From Octopus vulgaris (taxonomy: Eukaryota): 64,000 bases of DNA. How positions within the stretch are numbered: the stretch's first letter is position 1; every line of letters starts with the position of its first letter. The DNA lies in the NCBI GenBank assembly GCA_951406725.2, contig OX597815.1, forward strand, positions 18,352,001-18,416,000, in the 5' to 3' direction. A program made the translations under genes and the position numbers. Below are positions 13,537 through 23,552 of this stretch, in pieces. The notes under the pieces are model-generated. The model was not told where the DNA came from and ran no database searches. It was given only the letters and a program-made list of their open reading frames with translations.

Positions 13537-13937
13537 AGGCGCAGGAGTGGCTGTGTGGTAAGTAGCTTGCTTACCAACCACTTGGTTCCGGGTTCAGTCC
13601 CACTGCGTGGTACCTTGGGCAAGTGTCTTCTACTATAGCCTCGGGCCGACCAAAGCCTTGTGAGTGGATTTGGTAGACGGAAACTGAAAGAAGTCTGTCG
13701 TATATATGTATATGTGTGTATGTGTTTGTGTGTCTGTGTGTGTCCCCCTAGCATTGCTTGACAACCGATGCTGGTGTGTTGATGTCGCCGTCACTTAGCG
13801 GTTCGGCAAAAGAGACCGATAGAATAAGTACTGGGCTTACAAAGAATAAGTGCCGGGGTCGATTTGCTCGACTAAAGGCGGTGCTCCAGCATGGCCGCAG
13901 TCAAATGGCTGAAACAAGTCTAAGAGTAAAAGAGTAA
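13537..13937 (+). mobile_element. SINE family A, full length
   Basis: Head to AAGAGTAAAAGAG tail present. Confidence 0.9.
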
Positions 13938-14309
13938 ATAAAGTATTTTAAAATTACCAATACGTAAGATTTTGTGGTGTTTACATTGTAGATGTCAATA
14001 GAGCCTGTAACTGTCTTCTTCTTTTCGTCAAGGATTACGTTATAAGGAACCTGGTACTAATTGATCTGCCTAATTGTCTTGAGTCTTTCTAGTCTCGTTT
14101 TTCTTTACCATTACTTCCAAACCGCTCTTACCATTCTTGCATGGTGTGGTATATTGAAGGAACTAACCATTCTAGCTGTAGCGTATCCTGTACTATGTAA
14201 TAGCAATAGCATAGATATCTGACCTAGAAATAGCAACCTACACACCCTAACAAGTTCTTATCCAATTCCACTAAGTAAGTAATCCTTATACCAAGATACA
14301 GTTATCTTG

Positions 14310-14467
14310 GTATGAGCGTTACTCATTTTTGCCTGCTGGGTGGACTGGAGTAACGTTAAATGAAGTGTTTTGCTCAAGAACATAACGCGTCACCCGGTCC
14401 AGGAATCGAAACCACAATCTTACGATCATGATGCCGACACTCTAACCACTAAGCCAAGTACCTCCAC
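14310..14467 (-). mobile_element. tRNA-derived SINE family D, head + central domain
   Basis: Minus strand GGAGGTACTTGGCTTAGTGGTTAGAGTG..GGTTTCGATTCC..GTTCTTGAGCAAAACACTT..CCAGTCCACCCAGC; related to 39055-39385. Confidence 0.7.
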
Positions 14468-15304
14468 TTATCTATTTATGATAGGGTCTAAAGATATTTC
14501 CTTTCTTATCTCCAGATTTTTGGCCGGGGTCCCTTTTCTTTTCTCTACACGAATTTCTTTCTATTTTCCATATTTTAATTTTATTTTTCAAGTTCTTGAA
14601 GGCATTCAGCTCTAAGATGCATTTCGTCCCTTGGAACCTAATTAGACATTCTAGCCTGTATCCTCTAATGCATGCTCTTTGTCTAAGCCCCTTCTGCTAG
14701 GTCAGTTCTGGTATTGTTTTGTGACATTCAGGGGTCTTCAGAACTTAAAAATCCCTCATGACCATTGCGATGCAACAGTTATTACAAGCTTGGGTATAAG
14801 ATATGTCTAAAATCTATTGTAAATATTCCTTCTTTGACCCGTGAACCGGGGCACAAATGTATAGTCAGAGGAATGTTAAATAATTTTAGCGTGTATTTTG
14901 ACTGCGTTTTAAATTTACATGTATAGCAAATAGAGTCACAGCTTTTTTCTTATCGTTTCAGTTAAACTCCTCCCGTTTTAATGTACTACATAAAATACAG
15001 GGAAATTTAAACATCCTCCACATTTTCATAGACCAAGATATATAATTTTTCCTCTTCGTTTTCTTTTGGATTAACTCATAAGGCAAATGGATGCCGTTGA
15101 TTATATAATATCCTTCCCCTATAATGTTCTTGCGACTGTAATAGCCCCCGGAATTCTCTATGTGCATTTAGTACTGACGGCAGGTTTGCTTTCACACTAT
15201 TAGTGGAGTCTGGAATTGCTTTCATACTATTACTAGTGTGTGGAATTGAACAATAAGATAAGGCCTCACAACTGAACAACTGATGTTGTTTACAGTTCTA
15301 TACT

Positions 15305-15503
15305 TAAGAGATGTACATTATTTACATTATTTACATTTGACGGATATTCGTCCTCATCTTGTTTGTTGTTAACACAACGTTTCGGCTGATATACGCTCCA
15401 GTCTTCATCAGGTGTTTTGGGGAAATTTCGAACCTGGGTTCTCATTCCTAAGTTATGTTTCGATGTTGTTATTGTTGTTGTTGTCGTTATTATTATTATT
15501 ATC

Positions 15504-15544
<41 letters not shown>

Positions 15545-15628
15545 TACTATTATTCAGGTCACTGCCTGGAATCGAACTCGGAATCTTGGGGTTAGTAGCC
15601 CTCGCTCTTAACCACTACGCCATATGCC
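15305..15628 (-). mobile_element. tRNA-headed SINE-like element carrying a hammerhead motif
   Basis: Minus strand: GGCATATGGCGTAGTGGTTAAGAGC (A box) ..GAGTTCGATTCC (B box), then (AAT)n/(AAC)n spacer, HHR and AATGTAAAT tail repeats. Confidence 0.75.
15371..15416 (-). ncRNA. Putative type-I hammerhead ribozyme
   Basis: AACAC-CTGATGA-A-GACTG-GAGCGTATAT-CAGCC-GAAA-CG-T-T-GTGTT: 5-bp stem I, canonical core, stem II with one mismatch, palindromic stem III. Confidence 0.7.
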
Positions 15629-16734
15629 GTGTTGATGTTGTGTTATTTGTTTCTAGTGGAATATAATTATGTGTGGCAGCCATTTTGGAAATGAAATCGT
15701 GGTGAGTGTAAATAAAATGTTAAACGTTTGTGAAACAAGGCACTTTTTTTGTGTTTTCTATGCCCAGCTATGGACAGCAGATCTTCCTTACACAGTTGCA
15801 GCTTTTTTTTTTACAATAAAAATTTTATTTGATAATATTTGAAATGATCGTGTCTCAAAAAGAGTAGGAAAAATACATTTTCACTCTACACATATATTAG
15901 TAATTGTGATGATGATGAAGAGGAGGAGGAGGAGAGGAGGAAGATTGTGATATGCTTTTGTAGAGATTGGCATAATGTCTACTTATACGCTGTAGCCTAT
16001 TAAACAGTAATATTAATTTGTTCATATTTTGTGAATTACATACATGTTTTCCATAAAATATAATTTCATATCGATATTAAAGATCTAGATTTTTTACGCA
16101 TGTATCAATGAATCGTTGCTACTGTTAGAACCGACTGACTTTGAAGAGCACACGGAAAATAAACAACAAAAGAACAAAGACAATATATAAATGGCTAACA
16201 ATATTATGAAGAGGCAGATGTAGCTTAGAGATGTGGAATGTTGACGAATTAATATGTTTTGGAAATAAAGTGGCAAAACAGTGATATATCATTGAGATTC
16301 TATCCTTTTGCTTAACACCATAAAATCTAACAGAATTCTCTTAAAAGTCACATTAATGTTACTAAATTATATTAGAACACGATAGATTTTTGTGTTCTAT
16401 TTTTTTTTGGTGTCCTCACTGCTATTAATTTTAGATATGTTCCTATTCACCTCGGAATCATATCACGATAGTAAAATGTATCACGTGGGAAGTGAATCGC
16501 TTAGAAGCACTTGGGAATAAGGTCAGTGCTAAAAGAAATATGTAAATATACATTTATTCATGAATGTAAGAATGCACTTTACCTACATTAAGCACAGAGA
16601 CTGTATCATTCCACTCACATACGCATACATCACACATCAAGCATATATAGCCATATGCATTTTGATGTCTGTACCTGTGAATAAATACATACATATATAT
16701 ATATATATACACTATATATTATATATGCATCTAT

Positions 16735-16885
<151 letters not shown>

Positions 16886-17090
16886 TTTTCTGTGATAACG
16901 ATCCCTATTATTCATTTTTTTTTCTCTCCCCCCCTTTTTTTAACCCCTCCCCTTTTTTTGTCCTTTTTCTTTCCTTTTACGATCCCTTTTGATCGAAAAC
17001 CACCACTCTCCTTTTTTTTACCCCTAAAAGAAAAGCTCTACCTTGTAATTTGTCCTATCTGTGTGCAGCCCTGTGTGGCTAATAAAGAAA
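16886..17090 (+). mobile_element. LINE 3' UTR fragment (Tx1-like) inside (CTAT)n
   Basis: Pyrimidine-rich UTR ending AGCCCTGTGTGGCTAATAAAGAAA; same end at 21058-21096 and 52531-52555. Confidence 0.55.
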
Positions 17091-18281
17091 CATATCTATC
17101 TATCTATCAATTCATCTATCTACGTGTATGCGTATACGTATGGTATATAATTGTGTTGGTGTGTTTGAGCGCATACATATACATAGAGAGAGAAATATAT
17201 GTGTGTATAATAGACATTTGTATGAGTGCGTATATATTTATGAATATTGAATTGACAATATATACTTAATATAGATTGCTCGTAAAGTGAATTGAGATTT
17301 GTAAATTCACAGAAAATATAACACGTTAAGAATAAAACCTCCACACATAGAGAGCCATTGAAAGGTTAACTAGAACCTGATGTCAACGACATTAACAGAA
17401 TTAAAATCCCATATGATGGCTACGAAATATTTCGAAATGTAGGGAGATGAAGGTATCTATACACTGGTTATAAGTTACATTTACATCTCACCAATTTCTC
17501 GTCTCAGATATTTATGAGAAACGAAGTGTTGTGCTGAGTATAGCTACATTTCTCTGAAAGTATTTCTTAGAAAAAACCATTCCATTTACAGAATTTTTTA
17601 AAAAAAGTTTTATCGGAACTTTTTTTTTAAAGTTTCATCAAAGTTACTAAAGAATAAACATATTTTCTAGAAAAAATTTCGCGAAGATCTGCTGTGTTAT
17701 TGTTGATGTTTTATCCTAATTAACCTAAACTGATCTAACGTATCATAAAATGTATTTAAGTCGCGATCATTCGTTGAAAAGATTGTGTATGACTATATTA
17801 TTCAGTCTTCTCCCTTATGTTTAAACCATCACACGAAACATTTGATGGATATTTGGTTGCTATTTATGCAGAGGGGCTCCGGCGTTGGCTCTCTCTTGCT
17901 ACATAGTTTTATATAGTTCCAAAACTGATATGAAAGTACTATATTTTTGGTATTTCATTCAATGGCCTTTATCTCTTTAGATATAATATTGGGTAGCCAT
18001 AGTTAAGACATGTGAAAGGTTCGTTAAGTGGTATAAAAATAATTTGCCATGTGGAAGAGAAAACTCTAACAGCTCAGAGAGGATCCCAACAAAGATTCTT
18101 ACCTGAACAGTTATAATTCACCATTTTCGGATACCAAAGTGATTTTTATTTTATTTTATTTTGCAAACTTTTGTATTCTATATATTTTGTAAATGGTTTT
18201 CTTTTAAGGCAGAAGGAAAGTGCTGAAGCTCTCTTTTTAGGGTCTACGAGACTAAGTATCTGAAGGGAGCAAATTATCCTC

Positions 18282-18480
18282 AATTCAATTCAATTTTTAT
18301 TGGCTCAAAAAGCAAAAGCAAGTCCATGTAGGGGGACAGGGAGTTATGTACAGGGAGGGTGGTCATACAAAGAGTTCAGGCCATTTCTGGTCAAGAGAGA
18401 CTTTGAACCGAGCGGAATACATGCAGAATACTATCTGCATGTATCCAGAAAGCGACTTGGCGAAAGGCATTTTAAGGTCA
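18282..18480 (-). mobile_element. Probable LINE 3' end fragment
   Basis: Minus strand open frame ending ..KWPELFV-stop, short UTR, AATAAA, (AATTG)n tail; clade not determined. Confidence 0.45.
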
Positions 18481-18951
18481 GTTAGAATGGTAAGCAAGGC
18501 GACGGATTAAGTTTATCACAGATGAGGAAGAATGGTTCTGAGAGCATTTCTTTCTTTCTTTTCTTTTCTTTTATTTCTTTCTTTATTTATTTGCTTCTAC
18601 AGTTTCTGTTCATCAAATTTCTCGCCCATTATAGCATTAGGTCATCCTGATGTTAGAAGTCATATGATCAAAATGTAGGTCAATGGAATCGAATTCAAAA
18701 CTATGCAGTTGCGGAGCCATTTACCACTTGTCAGTGCAGGCCATCACTAATTTCCTCGAATTCTACTGTTGCACTTTGTGACTACAATACAGCTTAATGT
18801 CAGTTGTATTATTAGCCTAATGTCAGCTATATATATACTAATGTAATTTTTATTGCCGCCTTACTGAACATGAAATCAAGCAAATAATAGTGTACTTACT
18901 GAGGAAAATATCTAAAGAATCAATATAAAATGAAGTTTCCTACTATATATA

Positions 18952-19115
18952 TAGGCACAGGAGTGGCTGTGTGGTAAGTAGCTTGCTTACCAACCACATG
19001 GTTCCGGGTTCAGTCCCACTGCGAGGCATCTTGGGCAAGTGTCTTCTACTATAGCTTCGGGCCGACCAAAGTGTTGTGAGTGGATTTGGTTGACGGAAAC
19101 TGAAAGAAGCTCGTC

Positions 19116-19156
<41 letters not shown>

Positions 19157-19385
19157 CATGTATGTGTGTGTATATGTTTGTGCGTCTGTGTTTGTCCCCT
19201 AACATCGCTTGACAACCGATGTTGGTGTGTTTACGTCCCCGTCACTTAGCGGTTCGGCAAGAGAAACCGTGAGAATAAGTACTAGGCTTACAAAGAATAA
19301 GTCCTGGGGTCGATTTCTTCAACTAAAGGCGGTGCTCCAGCATGGCTGCAGTCAAATGACTGAAACAAGTAGAAGAGTAAAAGAG
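18952..19385 (+). mobile_element. SINE family A, full length
   Basis: Matches family A consensus. Confidence 0.9.
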
Positions 19386-19446
19386 TATACACGTTCTAAA
19401 TAATAAAGCTTATATGATTTTAGAAAAATGTATACAGTATTTTGAA

Positions 19447-19515
19447 TCTTTTACTCTTCTACTTGTTTCAGTCATTTGACTGCAGCCATACTGGAGCACC
19501 GCCCTTAGTTGAAGA
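19447..19515 (-). mobile_element. SINE family A, 3' tail fragment
   Basis: Inverse of the tail of 18952-19385. Confidence 0.8.
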
Positions 19516-19752
19516 AATAACCAGCACTTACAGATCTCTTGATAAGAAACTGATAATTAGTAGATATCAGTGTTTGATCCTTTCATATTCTGCACCAAAA
19601 TGTATTCACAGTTCTAACTCTGCAGTGAGTTTTATTCAGCCAACTCCAGCTAAATATCAAAATATTTACTGAGATTTTAACATTTGAGACCGATTTCAGT
19701 TGCAGAGAATTTTGAATTTATAGAAGATTACATTCGTCGGAGTAAAGAGAAA

Positions 19753-20065
19753 ACATCATCCTCATCATTGTTCGACCGTGGTCGAGACAATGGAATTTAC
19801 AATGTTACTCCAGACTTCACGGTCCATTATAGCATTACGGAGGTCCTGTTGCTGGATGCCTGTATCCCTGGAGATTATATCAGGTCAGGAGAGTGTGCGC
19901 CCTCTGGTATCGCAAGTAGATAGCTTCCAGAGGAGAAGAGCAGAAATTACCTCGTTTTCAGCTCTACAACAATGTCCAGCAAACTGGACTCTTCTACCTT
20001 TCACAAGAGATGATACAGGTGGTAGTTTCCCATATATATCTGTACTTTGGTTGGTTGACGCTTTC
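19753..20065 (-). mobile_element. RTE-clade LINE 3' fragment
   Basis: IYGKLPPVSSLVKGRRVQFAGHCCRAENEVISALLLWK...MDREVW is a typical RTE C-terminus; (TGA)-like tail follows. Confidence 0.8.
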
Positions 20066-20711
20066 ACGAGAGATTTTGAAAGAGAAAAACACCGAAATAT
20101 ATATTAGTTTTGTGGTGAAGCACAAAGAGACAACCTACAGAATCATTTACTCCCCGTTCAGTTACTTCATTGATATAAGCAGCAACTTAAGCTGGACGAA
20201 AATATTGGTTTTATTACGAATCAAGCAGTACATTTTAAACCACAAAAGCTGCCATTTTCTCTGCAGCACTTACCAAGATGAAAGATTAATTATTCTGTTT
20301 TCTGATTCGAACCAAAATCTCGATATTTGGTAAATGATACAATGTAATGTTCATTCTTTTCTCAAAGAATCGTTATAATGTCCCCGACTCAGGCCATTGA
20401 AAGCCTATTGCTTGCATTGGGATGTTTATCAGAATTATTTTATTTTCTAAATTCAAGTGAGTGCCTAGCTATACGCAATAGTTACTATTTGAGTCCCAAC
20501 AACCCCCAAGAAAATTATACTCACCCACACATTTATTCCTCACCAGTTTTCGACATTTTTAGGTCTGTTAAATCTAACCAAAATCATTTGTTACGATTAA
20601 TAACTTCCATCCACATTCCTAGCATTGCCAATTATAGAAAGCAATCTATTTGTGGCAAAATAAAAAAAAGACAACATCTCCAGCTGCATTGAATTTAACG
20701 CATCCATATTC

Positions 20712-20870
20712 GCAGGCGTGGCTGTGTGGTAATAAGTTTGCTTCCCCCGCCCATGATTCCCAGTTTGGTCTCACTGCGTGACATCTTAGGCAAGTAACTT
20801 TTACTATAGCCCCAGGTAGACTAAAGCCTTGTGAGTAGATTGGTTGACAGAAACTGAAAGGAGCCTGTCG

Positions 20871-20871
<1 letters not shown>
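20712..20871 (+). mobile_element. SINE family A, 5' half, degenerate
   Basis: GCAGGCGTGGCTGTGTGGTAA..TTAGGCAAGT..GAAACTGAAAG. Confidence 0.7.
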
Positions 20872-20946
<75 letters not shown>

Positions 20947-21058
20947 CATGTATGTATGTATGTATGTATGTATGTATGTATGTACGTACGTATGTATGTA
21001 TGTATGTATGTATGTATGTATGTATGTATGTATGTATCTATCTATCTATCTATCTATC
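20872..21058. repeat. Compound (CTAT)n/(GTAT)n microsatellite
   Basis: Direct reading. Confidence 0.95.
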
Positions 21059-22004
21059 TCCCCTCTGTGTCTAGCCCTGTGTGTCCAATAAAGAAATTTA
21101 TCTATCTACCTGTCTGTCTCTCTGTCTATCTATTGGTTTGCTGACGCAAATAGAATTCAGTACATGAGTATAAATACGCTTTTATTACTAATATTTAGAA
21201 GTCAAAGAAAGGGTTTTACATCTTATAGATCGGTGATAATAATTATTTCCGTGGATTGTTCTGGAATAAATTATAAAAACAATTATAATGTTACAGAATA
21301 ATGAATATATTTTTCTAATGGTTTGCACGTTATGCACAAGAAATACGTGCTCCTATAAACTAACAATGTGCTTCCAATCACACAAATACATGTGTAACAC
21401 TCATTTCCATAACATCTTATGATACACACAAACTCATGAATCCACAACCCCACGAACCAAGTTCCACCTCAGCTATGTGAAAATCCACATCTTCAACTTT
21501 TTCTTTTAATTTATCAGTTAATTATACAGCGCAAATTAGTTAAAATGACCGACACGTGTTTCTGCCGCATGACGTATGTGTAGTTGTGTATGCAACTCGC
21601 AATATTCTGCTATACACCTTCATACAAGGTCTTTCCTCAACCGTGGTCCGAGGCAAGCACATGCATATACACCTATTGTCTGTTTTCCATCATCTATTGC
21701 ATTGTTTACATTAGACATATACAAATACAAAACGTTGTAACAAATCAATGCTCACCATAATTTCTATATAAAATCTATAGAGATAATATTCGAAAGTGAT
21801 TTAAATGCAATGCTAACACGGTAGAACGCAGTGTTAACATATGAAGCCTTTAAAGTTCTTTGTAGTAAATTATAGTTGCATGACAAAATGCGGTGTCCCT
21901 ACAAGTAATTAATGTGTACCTACTAGCTGCTAGGAATGTGTTTGGTATGTAAAATTGGTACAGTCAATAGTATTACATCACTGTAGTTAGTAGTTATTTA
22001 AACA

Positions 22005-22278
22005 ATGAGCTTGTCTTCTACTATAGCCGACTAAAGCCTTGTGAAACTGAAAAAAGTAGGTATATATATATATGTGTGTGTGTGTGTGCGTGTGTGCGTG
22101 TGTGTGTGTACGTGTCTGTGTTTGTTCCCCGACCATCGCTTCGCAACCGATGTTGATTTTTAACATCCATGCAACTTAGTGGTTCGGCAAAGGAGACCAA
22201 TACAATAAGGACTAGGTTTAAGTCGTTGCTCCAGAATGGCTGCAGTCAAATGACTGAAACAAGTAACAGAATAAAAGA
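22005..22278 (+). mobile_element. SINE family A, degenerate with deletions
   Basis: TGTCTTCTACTATAGCC..GGTTCGGCAAA..CAGTCAAATGACTGAAAC. Confidence 0.7.
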
Positions 22279-22279
22279 A

Positions 22280-22906
22280 TCGTTGATAAAGCCAGCCTTA
22301 GCAAACATATTTTGTGTTTTGCTAGAAAGAGGCAGAAACTGATCGGTCCGAGGAGTAAAGTTATCGGTAAATGTTTTTGATTTTCACTCTCGATAAGTTC
22401 ATCTTCTTTTTGTGTCCTCAGCACTCGGCATCCTAACTTAGGGGCCTTTAATTGTATTACTACATGAATAATATTTTTCTATACGAATAATATTTTTGTC
22501 TTATGACTGATTCGTCTTTTGTGCTGGGCACCTGGTAGTAACTAATATTTCTACCCTTCTTGTTTATATTCGCATATTTACATGATGAATTTATTCGTAA
22601 AATTCTTCCCGGCATGCCCTATACTGCCGTGTAGATTTTGCGTCTGCGCAGAGATTTGAAAAGTTAAGATCTGCTAGTAGTCGAGATCGACACATGTTCT
22701 CACATCGCTGCAGACCTCGATTCAATTTAGGCGACTCGTTGATAAAGCCAGCCTTAGCAAACATATTTTGTGTTTTGCTAGAAAGAGGCAGAAACTGATC
22801 GGTCCGAGGAGTAAAGTTATCGGTAAATGTTTTTGATTTTCACTCTCGATAAGTTCATCTTCTTTTTGTGTCCTCAGCACTCGGCATCCTAACTTAGGGG
22901 CCTTTA

Positions 22907-22913
<7 letters not shown>
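22280..22913 (-). repeat. 178-bp identical direct repeat (22280-22457, 22736-22913); possible Kolobok-like transposon end
   Basis: Copies identical by eye; minus strand of each begins near TTAA-AGGCCCC; short ORF MPGRILRINSSCKYANINKKGRNISYYQVPSTKDES lies in the spacer. Confidence 0.6.
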
Positions 22914-22982
<69 letters not shown>

Positions 22983-23260
22983 ATTGAAACAATCTTTCGA
23001 GATGGCTGAACAGCAGGCCTTAACGTTTTATAGTTTAAGGGTTCGGGCTGCATCTTGGTTGGCTGTCTGCTGATATTTTTAAGCCACTTGAAACACCAGT
23101 AACAAACGCCTCTGCATCTACTCCACATTGAATACTTCTTTGATGGTATACTTGATCCATGAACGAAGTTTATACAGCGTATATATATGCAAGGGTGTAT
23201 TTATATTTAGCAATCCATACACGAAATTTATAATGCATAATGTGAGCATGGGGGCGTGTT

Positions 23261-23304
<44 letters not shown>

Positions 23305-23521
23305 TGCATACATGAGCATTAATGTGAGTGTGTGTGTGTGTGTGATATACTATAGTGACTTGGTAAAATATTACCTTCTTAGTTTATGGCATACAGTGGA
23401 TGAACTTTAGCAAATTTGATCAAAATCTCAATCAGCTAAAATTCGTATTGGTAAATCAGATTCGCCTCTATTGATAATTGAATTTCCTTCAACATCTGCC
23501 ATCTTGAACTATATGCTATCA

Positions 23522-23552
<31 letters not shown>

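Noticed and set aside
14958-15279. Overlapping minus-strand ORFs as host exon or TE protein
   Set aside because: Frameshifted, no recognisable motif, no clear splice sites
15555-15628. Stand-alone tRNA gene
   Set aside because: A and B boxes present but no convincing acceptor stem or terminator; better explained as a SINE head
22337-22362. CTGATCGGTCCGAGGAGTAAA resembling an HHR core in the direct repeat
   Set aside because: Three or more core deviations and no stems I/III
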